Counted from the stretch's first letter, positions 35,809 to 45,521 are shown. The stretch is DNA of 64,000 nt from Candidatus Levyibacteriota bacterium (GCA_016182185.1 JACOXU010000001.1:530915-594914); one strand, 5' to 3'. Numbers and translations: made by a program. Notes: a model not told the origin generated them from the letters alone.

Positions 35809-37377
35809 TTATTCCCACTCCATTGTGGCCGGTGGTTTGGTAGTTATATCGTAGACCACGCGAGACACGCCTTGGACTTCATTTACAATTCTTGATGAAA
35901 TCCTCTGAAGTACCTCATATGGAATCTTTGCCCATGAAGAAGTCATGACATCATTTGATTCAACCACGCGAAGGGCAATAACTTCTCCAAAAACTCTTCC
36001 GTCGCCTTTTACTGCAGTTGAAAAAGCATTGGTTAAAACGGGAAAAGAGAGAAATACTTTTTCCAATATTTTTGCCTTTTTAAGTTCCTCAAGAATTATA
36101 TTATCTGCTTTTTTCTGCTTTTTAAGCCTTGTTTCTGTTACTTCTCCACGGATGCGTATGGCAAAACCCGGGCCCGGAAAGGGCTGTTTTTCTGTAAATT
36201 CTGAAGGAAGATCAAGCCTTCTTCCGATTTCTCTGACTTCATCTTTATAATAATTTCTTACCGGCTCCAAAAGTTTTAATTTCATATTTTTAGGAAGCCC
36301 TCCAACATTATGATGACTTTTTATTCTTGCCGCGTGAATTGCTCCTTTATCCCCCTTCGCTAAAGCTTCGGCGGGACTCCGCTGGGCTCCGCTTTCTATC
36401 ACATCTGAGTAAATTGTTCCCTGAAGAAGAAATTCGGCCTTTATCTTTTGCTTCTTAAGTCTTTTCATCTCTCTCTCGAATATTTTTATATAAGACTTCC
36501 CTATCAATACCCGCTTCTTTTCGGGATCTGATACGCCTTTTAATTTTTTGAGTGTTTCTTTTTGGGCATTTATTATTCTAAGTTTTATATTGATATGAGC
36601 AAAAATTTTCTTAAGGTGCTCTCTAGTTCCGTCTCTCATAAGTCCGTTATCAACGTATACAGGAATAAATTTTCTTCCTATTGCCTTGGCTGTTAGGACT
36701 GAAGCGACAGTTGAATCAACTCCTCCTGAAACTGCTCCGATAACATAGGTCTTCCCGACTTTTTCTTTTATCTCTTTTTCTATTTTTTTGATATCCAAAA
36801 CGTGATTTTGGATTTTCATATCGCACATATAAATAAAATTTTTAAAGATTTCCTTGCCGAACTCGGTATGTTCAACTTCAGGGTGAAATTGAACGCCAAA
36901 GATTTTTTTCTTAAAATCTGCGGCAAAAGCAAACGGAACATGTTCGGTGGAGCCTATTATCTTAAATCCCTTGGGAAGTTTTATTATCTCATCGCCGTGG
37001 CTCATCCAAACCCTAAAAGATTTTGACAAACCATCTGTAATTTTGAATTTTGAATTTTGAATTTTGAATTGACTCGGTCCGTACTCTTTCTTACCATTTA
37101 TAACCTTCCCTCCTAAAAGGAGAGCAGCCAGTTGAAATCCATAGCAAATTCCAAGCATGGGAATATCAAGAGAAAAAATTTGAGAATCAATTGTGGGTGC
37201 GTTTTTTGCATATACAGATGAGGGACCGCCTGAGAGAATTATTCCTTTATTAGTTTTTTTATTTATTTTTCTCACTATCCCCTCAGGCGGAAGAATTTTA
37301 TATGAAATTCCAAGTTCTTTTAGACGGCGAGAAATAAGATGGGTAGTTTGTGATCCAAAATCAATTATTGCAATCAT
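35809..37377 (-). CDS. guaA: GMP synthase (glutamine-hydrolysing)
   Basis: [44 protein letters not shown]. Confidence 0.97.
   Translation of the reverse strand: MIAIIDFGSQTTHLISRRLKELGISYKILPPEGIVRKINKKTNKGIILSGGPSSVYAKNAPTIDSQIFSLDIPMLGICYGFQLAALLLGGKVINGKKEYGPSQFKIQNSKFKITDGLSKSFRVWMSHGDEIIKLPKGFKIIGSTEHVPFAFAADFKKKIFGVQFHPEVEHTEFGKEIFKNFIYMCDMKIQNHVLDIKKIEKEIKEKVGKTYVIGAVSGGVDSTVASVLTAKAIGRKFIPVYVDNGLMRDGTREHLKKIFAHINIKLRIINAQKETLKKLKGVSDPEKKRVLIGKSYIKIFEREMKRLKKQKIKAEFLLQGTIYSDVIESGAQRSPAEALAKGDKGAIHAARIKSHHNVGGLPKNMKLKLLEPVRNYYKDEVREIGRRLDLPSEFTEKQPFPGPGFAIRIRGEVTETRLKKQKKADNIILEELKKAKILEKVFLSFPVLTNAFSTAVKGDGRVFGEVIALRVVESNDVMTSSWAKIPYEVLQRISSRIVNEVQGVSRVVYDITTKPPATMEWE
36349..36390. 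repeat. In-frame GC-rich palindromic insertion in guaA
   Basis: Adds GAQRSPAEALAKGD between VIES and KGAIH; core CCCCCTTCGCTAAAGCTTCGGCGGG resembles 50260-50284. Confidence 0.75.
37039..37070. repeat. Perfect heptamer tandem repeat in guaA
   Basis: (AATTTTG)x4 AATT, encoding FKIQNSKFKI. Confidence 0.9.
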
Positions 37378-38523
37378 TTAATAATTTTTACCGCTATTGG
37401 TGATCAAAATGCTATGAGGATGACTTTCCTGAAGTGACGATTGGGTAATTTGAATAAATTTTGCTTTTTGCCAAAGTCCTTTAATATTTTTTGCTCCAAC
37501 ATAATACATTCCAGACTTTATTCCTCCAATCGATTGATCAATTAGCTCTTTAACAGTTCCTTTTATCGGCACGAGACCTTCTACGCCCTCTGCAATAAGC
37601 GTTCTCTCTTTGTAACTTTTTCCATGGAATTCATCTTCTGATTTTACCCTGGCGCCCTTCTCCATCGCAGAAACTGAACCCATGCCTCTATATTCTTTAA
37701 ATCTGAAAGTCTGATGTTTTTTATTAAAGACACTTTGAAATCTATGGGGCACCTGGTCTCTTCTTAGAAGAACTGTTTTGCCGGGAGATTCTATGGTTTG
37801 GGCAAAAAATCCTCCCATCATACATGAAGATGCGCCGGCCGCCAAGGCTTTCATCATATCCCCTGAGTATCTTATTCCCCCATCGGCAATCAAAGGAATC
37901 TGGGCCTTTCTGGCAATTTTAGAAATTTCAAGTAAAGCTGTTATCTGTGGGACGCCCATACCTGAAATTATTCTGGTTGTGCAGATTGCGCCCGGTCCCA
38001 TGCCGACCCTGAGCCCATCTGCCCCAGCCGAAATTAAAGCTTTTGCACCTTCTGACGTTGCGATGTTTCCAGAAATTACATTGATTTTTGGAAATTTTTT
38101 TTTAATAAAAATTGTTGCGTCAATGACTCCTTTTGAAAAACCGTGCGCCGAGTCAACTACAATTACATCTGCCCCTGCCTTAACTATTGCCTCTGCTCTT
38201 TTCTGATAGCTCTGGCCAGAGCCTACTGCCGCACCCACCAATAATTTTTGAGTTTTTACTTTTTTGACTTCTTTTGCCTGATTTTCCGCGGAAAGATTTC
38301 TATGAATTATGCCTATTCCGCCTAATTTTGCAAGAGCAATCGCAAGTTTTGCTTCAGTAACTGTATCCATAGGAGCAGAAACAAAGGGAATTTGTAATTT
38401 TATATGTTTCGTTAGATTTGTAGATAAATCTATGTCTTGTCTTGAGAAATCAGAGTAACCGGGGAGAAGTAAAACATCATCGAAGGTAAGACCGATTGGT
38501 AGTGCAGATTTTTGAGGCTCCAT
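37378..38523 (-). CDS. guaB: IMP dehydrogenase lacking CBS domains
   Basis: LTFDDVLL, SAPMDTVTE, GPGAICTTR, IADGGI, YRGMGS. Confidence 0.95.
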   Translation of the reverse strand: MEPQKSALPIGLTFDDVLLLPGYSDFSRQDIDLSTNLTKHIKLQIPFVSAPMDTVTEAKLAIALAKLGGIGIIHRNLSAENQAKEVKKVKTQKLLVGAAVGSGQSYQKRAEAIVKAGADVIVVDSAHGFSKGVIDATIFIKKKFPKINVISGNIATSEGAKALISAGADGLRVGMGPGAICTTRIISGMGVPQITALLEISKIARKAQIPLIADGGIRYSGDMMKALAAGASSCMMGGFFAQTIESPGKTVLLRRDQVPHRFQSVFNKKHQTFRFKEYRGMGSVSAMEKGARVKSEDEFHGKSYKERTLIAEGVEGLVPIKGTVKELIDQSIGGIKSGMYYVGAKNIKGLWQKAKFIQITQSSLQESHPHSILITNSGKNY

Positions 38524-38562
38524 AATTAACTATATATGGAAACAGGATAATTGTCAAGACAA

Positions 38563-39225
38563 TTAGGAGGCGACTGATAAATTTCTCACCTGCTCTCTTA
38601 ATGGCTCTGATAATCCTTGTTTTAAACTGAACTCTCCGAAGGCAGATTCATAACCAGACTCGCTAAGTATTTTCATTCCCTCCTGAACAGTCCCGCACTC
38701 GAATAAATCTTTGTCCAATTGATCTCTTAGTACTTTTGATCCCAATTGATATTTTACTTCCTTGAAAAAAAGCATATCTATATTTCCATTTCCTTTCATG
38801 ACTCCTATTATTCCAATAGGTCCATTTTTCGATTCCTCTGGGTGCACCCTTTGAAGATCGGCAATACTTGGTATAAAAGAATCAACCATATGATAGCCGC
38901 CTATTGTTGGAGGATGGAAATGAAAATCTATTACAGGAACATTTTCTTCTTCCAACTGTTTATCAATCTCTTTTCTGGTTTCATCATCCTGCTCCAAGCT
39001 ATTTATTGACATTACTTTTTCTTCCACTATAGATACGTCTTTTGTTTCAGAATCCATAAAAACAATAAATCCTGCTTCAAATGGTTCCTCTAATTTTTCC
39101 AGTTTATCGTGTAGTCTTTTTATGGATTCCTTGAAAAGTTTAGAATCAATTAATCTTGCGATTTCTTCTCCTGTAAGTAACGGCCTTTGAGACGGCTTAA
39201 TCTCCGGAGACGTGGTCCCTTCCAT
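38563..39225 (-). CDS. Hypothetical protein with JAB/MPN-like metal-binding motif
   Basis: FEAGF...DFHFHP...PSIAD; leaderless TATAAT promoter. Confidence 0.7.
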   Translation of the reverse strand: MEGTTSPEIKPSQRPLLTGEEIARLIDSKLFKESIKRLHDKLEKLEEPFEAGFIVFMDSETKDVSIVEEKVMSINSLEQDDETRKEIDKQLEEENVPVIDFHFHPPTIGGYHMVDSFIPSIADLQRVHPEESKNGPIGIIGVMKGNGNIDMLFFKEVKYQLGSKVLRDQLDKDLFECGTVQEGMKILSESGYESAFGEFSLKQGLSEPLREQVRNLSVAS

Positions 39226-39265
39226 GGGCTTATTATACCACCCGACTTAGTGGTAATATAAATAT

Positions 39266-40798
39266 ATGTTGGCAAAGGTTAATTCAGCGGCGATTGTCGG
39301 GCTTGATGCAGTACCGGTTGAGGTTGAAGTTGATATCGCATCCCAAGGACTTCCTTCATTTACCATTGTCGGACTTCCCGATAAAGCAGTTGAGGAGTCA
39401 AAAGAAAGAGTAAGAAGTGCGATCAAAAACTCAGGGGCTGATTTTCCCGCAAAAAGAATAACTGTCAATCTGGCACCAGCTGATTTGCCCAAAGAAGGAC
39501 CGTCCTATGATCTGCCGATTGCACTTGGAATTCTTCTTGCTTCAGAGCAACTCAAGACAGACATTAATGACTCAATTTTTACAGGAGAGCTGTCTTTGGA
39601 TGGAAGACTTAGGCATACCAATGGTATACTGCCACAGGCGATCATGGCCAAAGGAAAGAAAATTAAGAAAATTTTTCTACCTGCCATAAATGCCAAAGAA
39701 GCAGCAATTTTAAAAGGCATTCAAGTTTTCCCTGTTCCTACCCTACTCTCGCTTTTTTATCACCTGAATGGACAAGAGAAAATAATTTCTCAAAGACATA
39801 TAAATATTAATTCTCTTTTCAAAGAAGAATTTTTTGATCTTGATATGAATGAGATAAAAGGACAGGAGCAGGCCAAAAGAGCACTTGAGATTGCCGCAGC
39901 AGGATCACATAACATTTTGTTTAAAGGTCCTCCGGGTGCAGGAAAAACCCTTCTTGCCCGAACCCTTCCCTCTATTCTTCCCAGACTAACATTTGAAGAG
40001 GCACTTGAAGTCACAAAAATTTACAGCATCTCAGGACTCTTAGATAATAAATCTTTAATCATTAAAAGATCTTTCCGTTCTCCTCACCATACCACCTCTC
40101 ATATTGGCCTCATCGGTGGAGGCCAAGTGCCAAAACCTGGGGAAATCTCACTTTCTCACCGCGGTGTTTTATTTTTGGACGAGTTTCCTGAATTTCCCAG
40201 ACATGTTCTTGAAGCTCTAAGACAACCTATGGAGGATGGAAACGTGACTATTTCAAGATCATCAGGCAGAATAAATTTCCCTGCTAAATTTATGCTGGTC
40301 GCAGCCCAAAATCCTTGTCCATGTGGATATCTTGGGGATAATACTCATGAATGCAAGTGCAGTGCTTCTCAAATCATTAAATATCAAAAGAGAATTTCAG
40401 GTCCTATGCTTGATCGAATTGATATCCATCTTGACGTTCCGCCAGTCAAAATAGAAAAACTTACTACAAATGAAAACAAAGTAAAAACAGAAAACTCAAG
40501 AGAAATACGAAAAAGAGTCCAGAAGGCACGTGATGTTCAGACTAAAAGATTTAAGGAACGCAAGATTACAACAAATTCTGAGATGGGGAATAAGGATCTT
40601 AAGGAATTTTGTGAACTTTCAAAGGAATGCATAGATCTTCTTCGCCTTGCGGTTTCTAAGATGAAACTATCAGCCCGCTCATATCATAGAACCATAAAAC
40701 TCTCAAGAACCATTGCCGATCTTGAAGCTTCAAAAAATATTAAAGTCAATCATATCGCAGAAGCCTTGCAGTACAGACCCAAACGAGAAGCAATATAA
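39266..40798 (+). CDS. comM: YifB/ComM Mg-chelatase-like AAA+ ATPase
   Basis: VGLPDKAVEESKERV, GPPGAGKT, FRSPHHT, LFLDEFPEF, NPCPCG. Confidence 0.93.
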   Translation: MLAKVNSAAIVGLDAVPVEVEVDIASQGLPSFTIVGLPDKAVEESKERVRSAIKNSGADFPAKRITVNLAPADLPKEGPSYDLPIALGILLASEQLKTDINDSIFTGELSLDGRLRHTNGILPQAIMAKGKKIKKIFLPAINAKEAAILKGIQVFPVPTLLSLFYHLNGQEKIISQRHININSLFKEEFFDLDMNEIKGQEQAKRALEIAAAGSHNILFKGPPGAGKTLLARTLPSILPRLTFEEALEVTKIYSISGLLDNKSLIIKRSFRSPHHTTSHIGLIGGGQVPKPGEISLSHRGVLFLDEFPEFPRHVLEALRQPMEDGNVTISRSSGRINFPAKFMLVAAQNPCPCGYLGDNTHECKCSASQIIKYQKRISGPMLDRIDIHLDVPPVKIEKLTTNENKVKTENSREIRKRVQKARDVQTKRFKERKITTNSEMGNKDLKEFCELSKECIDLLRLAVSKMKLSARSYHRTIKLSRTIADLEASKNIKVNHIAEALQYRPKREAI

Positions 40799-40822
40799 AA
40801 CCCTGTGTTACAATAATTATTA

Positions 40823-43192
40823 ATGGAAAAGGGACTAAGCAGTCATGAAGTAAATCAGCTTCTTGCAGTTCATGGAAAGAATGAGATAACAGCGAAAAGA
40901 TCTTTTTCCCCGTTTATTCTTTTTCTGTCTCAATTCCCTTCATTTCTTAATGGCATACTATTCCTAGCTGCAATTTTTTCATTTTTTATCAGTGACGTTT
41001 TAGACGCAGTATTTATCCTGGCAATTCTTCTTCTTAATGGAACCGTAGGTTTTATTCAGGAATATAATGCCGAAAAGTCGCTTGAAAAGCTCAAGAATTA
41101 CGTATTGCCTCTCTCAAGAGTGCTCCGTAATGGAAAAGAAGAGGAAATACCTACTTCAGATATAGTACCGGGTGATATTGTAATTCTTTCCGAAGGAGAT
41201 CGAATTCCTGCAGACGGAGTACTTGTCCATCATGAAGACCTGGAAGTTGATGAATCTATTCTAACGGGTGAATCTCTTCCGGTTGCCAAAGAGCAAAATG
41301 CCGAGGTTTTTGGAGGAACTCTTGTCCTAAAAGGTAAAGGTCATTTGAAAATTCAGAAAACAGGGATGAAGACACATTTTGGCCAAATTGCCGAAACACT
41401 CTCTACTCTTTCTCCCGATAAAACCCCGCTTAATCACCGGCTAAATGTCTTAGGAAAAATAATCTCATTTATTGCCATCCTGGCTGCCTTGTCAATCATT
41501 CCAATTGGCCTTTCGCAAAACAGAGAGCTTTTTCCTTTAATTCTTTTATCTATAAGCATTACGGTTGCGGCAGTTCCACAAAGTCTTCCGACCGTAATTA
41601 CGATTGCACTTGCTATTGGAACAACAAGAATGGCCAAAAAGAATGCGATAGTCAGAAAAATGCATGCTGTTGAAACACTCGGATCGATTCAGGTTTTGTT
41701 GGTTGATAAGACCGGTACGCTGACTGAAAACTCAATGAGAGTGAAAAAATACTGGATTCAGGATAAGAAAAAATTTGAATCTCTCTTGCGCGCCTGTATT
41801 TTTGGTAACACTGCTTCTCTTGCCCAAAAAGGATCGCAGGATAAATATGACATCATAGGAGATAGAACTGACGGTGCTTTGCTTCTTTGGGCAAAAAGTC
41901 ACGCAAAAAATCTTAACACACTTAAAGATGGGGGCGAAATTACTGATGAATTCGTTTTTGATCCGGAACAAAAAACAATAACTACAGTTTGGGAAGAACA
42001 TGGAAAAAAATATGTTTTCGTCAGAGGAGCTCCTGAAGCAATAATCGAAGAAAGCGAATTGTCTGAAAAAGAAAAAACCAAAATAACCAAATTTTATGAA
42101 GACTATGCTTCGAATGGACTTCGTGTCATTGCCTTTGGGGAAAAACTTGAAAAACACAAAGGAAGTGTGAAACGAGATCATTTGGAAAAAAATTTAGACT
42201 TCCTTGGTTTTGTCGGAATTTACGATCCTCCAAGAGATGAAGCAAGAGAAGCAGTGCTTAAGGCAAGAAACGCAGGCATCACAACGATTATGGTAACAGG
42301 GGACAATGAAAAAACAGCTCTTTCTATTGCAAAAGACGTTGGTATCCTTGAAAAAGATGAAGATGTTATTACGGGAGAGGAGCTTGAAAAACTAAATGAT
42401 GATGAAGTAGCCAAAATTATTGACCATGTGAGGGTCTTTGCCAGAAGCAGACCCGAAGATAAACTGCGTCTTGTAACGATTCTAAAGAAAAAGGGGTATG
42501 TTGTCGGCGTTACCGGAGACGGAGTCAATGACTCTCTTGCTCTTAAGAGAGCAGATGTTGGAGTTTCGATGGGACAAACCGGAACAGATGTAGCTAAAGA
42601 AGCCAGTGATATAGTTCTTGCGGATGATAATTTTTCAACTCTTGTATCGGCTGTTGAAGAAGGAAGAATTATTTATCATAACATATTAAAAGCAATCACT
42701 TATCTTCTCTCGGGAAATTTATCAGAACTGTCTCTTATTGTTTTTGCGACACTTTTGGGATTGCCTAGTCCTCTTATACCAACTCAAATATTATGGATCA
42801 ATTTAATAACCGATGGTCTTCCGGCTCTTGCTCTTGCTTCCGATAATAAAGATCCGGATCTTATCAAAGATGGTCCTCGGAATCCTAAAACCCCTATTCT
42901 CTCTAAAAAACGAAGTATATTCATAGCGCTTGTCGGCTTGTCCTTGTCTTTTTTCCTGCTTTCCGTTTTTTATTTAATTATAAATCTGGGAAAATCAGAA
43001 ATGCTAGCCCGAACCGTAGTATTTAATCTTTTGATTTTTTCACATATGGGATTGGCGTTTGTGGTCAGAGGAAAATCACTCTTTAAATTCAATCCTTTTC
43101 TGGTGTGGGGAGTGTTTGGAATAATTATTCTACAGATAATTATTACATTTACTCCGTTTTTTCAAGATATATTTCATTTGGGATTTAAATAG
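40823..43192 (+). CDS. P2A-type cation-transporting P-type ATPase
   Basis: TGES, DKTGTLT, MVTGDN, TGDGVND, WINLITDGLPA. Confidence 0.93.
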   Translation: MEKGLSSHEVNQLLAVHGKNEITAKRSFSPFILFLSQFPSFLNGILFLAAIFSFFISDVLDAVFILAILLLNGTVGFIQEYNAEKSLEKLKNYVLPLSRVLRNGKEEEIPTSDIVPGDIVILSEGDRIPADGVLVHHEDLEVDESILTGESLPVAKEQNAEVFGGTLVLKGKGHLKIQKTGMKTHFGQIAETLSTLSPDKTPLNHRLNVLGKIISFIAILAALSIIPIGLSQNRELFPLILLSISITVAAVPQSLPTVITIALAIGTTRMAKKNAIVRKMHAVETLGSIQVLLVDKTGTLTENSMRVKKYWIQDKKKFESLLRACIFGNTASLAQKGSQDKYDIIGDRTDGALLLWAKSHAKNLNTLKDGGEITDEFVFDPEQKTITTVWEEHGKKYVFVRGAPEAIIEESELSEKEKTKITKFYEDYASNGLRVIAFGEKLEKHKGSVKRDHLEKNLDFLGFVGIYDPPRDEAREAVLKARNAGITTIMVTGDNEKTALSIAKDVGILEKDEDVITGEELEKLNDDEVAKIIDHVRVFARSRPEDKLRLVTILKKKGYVVGVTGDGVNDSLALKRADVGVSMGQTGTDVAKEASDIVLADDNFSTLVSAVEEGRIIYHNILKAITYLLSGNLSELSLIVFATLLGLPSPLIPTQILWINLITDGLPALALASDNKDPDLIKDGPRNPKTPILSKKRSIFIALVGLSLSFFLLSVFYLIINLGKSEMLARTVVFNLLIFSHMGLAFVVRGKSLFKFNPFLVWGVFGIIILQIIITFTPFFQDIFHLGFK

Positions 43193-43223
43193 AATTGATA
43201 CTTTTGTATGATATAATCTCGCC

Positions 43224-44003
43224 ATGATTGAATACCAAACGCCAATTAGAAAAACCCCTGATGTCAAAGAAAAAATCCCAGACATGTATGACGTGGCTTG
43301 GCTTTCGGGAATCTTTGAAACAGGAGGATCAATAGGCTTCTCAATTGAAACATGGCCGAATAGACCTAATTATGAATCGGCCTATCCTTATCTTTCTCGC
43401 AATGATTCTCATGATAGGACAACCGTCCTGAAAGATCTTTTTGGTGGTAGAAGTCAAATTCAAAAAATAAATTCATGGAGATGGGAGTTAAAGGGGCCCA
43501 ACGCAATCGAAACTGCGCTTAGCATGGACTTGTTCTCCCCCTCCCGAAGAAGCGTCATTGAGATGTTCAGAGAATTTGACAGAGAAGATTTAATGAGTAA
43601 GAAAGTTAAGCTCACAAAAGAATTTAGACAAAATGGAATCCGCAGAAATCCTGTATGTGAAGATGAATATTTTCGTCTTCTCCAATATCCTGCATTTACG
43701 GCCGGCATATTTGATGCAATCGGAACAGTTGACAATGCGCCCTACGCACCTCTAAGAACCCAGTTTGAAAGCACTAATCAACCCCTTCTTAATGCAATGA
43801 GAGAAAGATTTGGAGGCTCAACTTATATCAGGGTGAAACCGGGAACTCAAGTCAGATTAAGAGAAGCAAAATGGGTCACTGTAAATCCGTCTCTTGAACT
43901 GACATTGGCAGCAGAAAAAAGTCAAGAGTTGCTTGAGTTAATTTCTTCCCATCTTCAGATGAATAGAACAAGAGTTGAAGATGCACTGAATGGATTAAAA
44001 TAG
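43224..44003 (+). CDS. Stand-alone two-motif LAGLIDADG-like protein, degenerate active site
   Basis: AWLSGIFETGGSI and AFTAGIFDAIGTV; LKDLFGG and MRERFGG repeats; WRWELKG. Confidence 0.7.
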   Translation: MIEYQTPIRKTPDVKEKIPDMYDVAWLSGIFETGGSIGFSIETWPNRPNYESAYPYLSRNDSHDRTTVLKDLFGGRSQIQKINSWRWELKGPNAIETALSMDLFSPSRRSVIEMFREFDREDLMSKKVKLTKEFRQNGIRRNPVCEDEYFRLLQYPAFTAGIFDAIGTVDNAPYAPLRTQFESTNQPLLNAMRERFGGSTYIRVKPGTQVRLREAKWVTVNPSLELTLAAEKSQELLELISSHLQMNRTRVEDALNGLK

Positions 44004-44324
44004 TTTGCCACCGAGGGGGGTATCTCTTTCAGGAATTATGAGAATTGCTTTGCCTTCTTCATCCGGAAATCCCAAAGTGAGCACTTCGGAAACTGCCGGA
44101 CCCATTTGAAAGGGAGGAAAATTTACCACACCTGCTACTAATTTTCCTATTAGATCTTCTTTTTTATAATGAGTAAACTGGCCAATTGATTGTTTAATCC
44201 CGATTTCAGAACCAAAATCAATCTTCATTTTGTAAGAGGGTTTTCGAGCGGCAGGGTAATCCTCAACTTCCAGAATCTTGCCGACTCTTATGTCTAACTT
44301 TTTAAAATCATCAATCGTTGTCAT
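43995..44324 (-). CDS. csaA: CsaA/Trbp111 tRNA-binding protein
   Basis: DFKKLDIRVGKI, IDFGSEIG, VVNFPP, SEVLTLG; ATG 44324 follows TATAAT. Confidence 0.9.
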   Translation of the reverse strand: MTTIDDFKKLDIRVGKILEVEDYPAARKPSYKMKIDFGSEIGIKQSIGQFTHYKKEDLIGKLVAGVVNFPPFQMGPAVSEVLTLGFPDEEGKAILIIPERDTPLGGKLF

Positions 44325-44331
44325 AAAAAAA

Positions 44332-44937
44332 TTATACCAGAGGCTCCGTTCCCGGTCTTTTGAAAAATGCAATTACTTCGTCATCTGATCTTTTTATCGA
44401 CTCTACTTCTGAAAAACCGAGTTCCGAAAGTACCTTACCTGTCCAAGTTAGCCTAGCTGCTTCCTCAGGCCCTAACCCTTCTTGGAGTAATTTTTGGAAT
44501 TCCTGGTAATTATCTGAACCCCATTCATTTCCTTCAGTCAAAATCCATTTTGCTTCAAATCTTACGACAGGATAACCCTCATTTTTGAAATGATTTAAGG
44601 CAAAAACCAGAAAATTTCTGGCAAAAAAATCAGGATGCCTTTCTCCGGTTTGTTTTCTGGTGTAAATATCCGCACTAGCAGTTTTTCCATGAACATTTGC
44701 CTGCATGGTAAATGCCGGCTCATCCTCGTCATATATTCTTATCCAAGCGGTGTTGCTTCTTTGAACCATGTCTGCCATAACTTTTCTCCCGGAACCTGTT
44801 TCAATCCTTCCTTTTCTAAAATGTGATTCTTTTTCATGTAGATTTAAGCCGTACTTACCCCGAACAAAAGGATAAGGGACCAACGGACGATTTGATTCCT
44901 GGGGTTTTGAAACTTCCTTTGATTCTTCTCCATCCAT
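44332..44937 (-). CDS. Hypothetical protein, paralog 1 of a three-member family
   Basis: YPFVRGKYG, RHPDFFA, SDNY, AARLTWTGK, LGFSE, FKRP. Confidence 0.8.
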   Translation of the reverse strand: MDGEESKEVSKPQESNRPLVPYPFVRGKYGLNLHEKESHFRKGRIETGSGRKVMADMVQRSNTAWIRIYDEDEPAFTMQANVHGKTASADIYTRKQTGERHPDFFARNFLVFALNHFKNEGYPVVRFEAKWILTEGNEWGSDNYQEFQKLLQEGLGPEEAARLTWTGKVLSELGFSEVESIKRSDDEVIAFFKRPGTEPLV

Positions 44938-44958
44938 GGGGCAATTATATCAGAAGAG
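44938..44958. repeat. Direct repeat R1 containing a -10 box
   Basis: GGGGCAATTATATCAGAAGAG, identical at 45562-45582. Confidence 0.92.
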
Positions 44959-44978
44959 CGGAAGGGAATTTAAAAAAT

Positions 44979-45521
44979 TTATCCCTGATCAGGTTTTTTG
45001 AAAACCACCCTTAAACCTCCACTTTCATCTTCTGCCATGCTTTCAATTTCTGTAAATCCGAATTCTCCTGCTAGCCTACCTGTCCACGTAGCTTTAGCAG
45101 CATCTTCAGGATCAATTCCTTTCTTGAGCATTCTTGAGTATTGACTGTAGTTAGTAGAGGCGAATTTATCAAGGCTTGGTATCCAATATGAAGAGTATGT
45201 GTTTATCTCATATCCATTGCTCAAAAAGTATTCATATGCGAAAATTAAAAATCTTCTTGCAAATAAATCCGGGTGTCTTTCTCCCGTTATGTATCTTCGG
45301 GTGTGGACAGCTGCTATAAAAGTGTCTTCAACAACTTTAGCAGACACATGATATCCACTAAATTCTTCATCTTCTATCTCAATTGAATCTCTTCTGATAT
45401 CATAATGCAGAAGACTTCCGGATCCGCCTTTTGTTATGCTCCTTATATTAACAGGTAAGTCTTTAAAAGGGATCCCATACTTACCCTTAACATAAGGATA
45501 ACCAACTTTGGTTTCAACCAT
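44979..45521 (-). CDS. Hypothetical protein, paralog 2
   Basis: YPYVKGKYG, RHPDLFA, STNY, AAKATWTGR, FGFTE, FKKP. Confidence 0.8.
   Translation of the reverse strand: MVETKVGYPYVKGKYGIPFKDLPVNIRSITKGGSGSLLHYDIRRDSIEIEDEEFSGYHVSAKVVEDTFIAAVHTRRYITGERHPDLFARRFLIFAYEYFLSNGYEINTYSSYWIPSLDKFASTNYSQYSRMLKKGIDPEDAAKATWTGRLAGEFGFTEIESMAEDESGGLRVVFKKPDQG

Noticed and set aside
43224-44003. Group I intron or intein carrying the LAGLIDADG ORF
   Set aside because: Flanking genes are intact, no intein termini, and no room for intron structure
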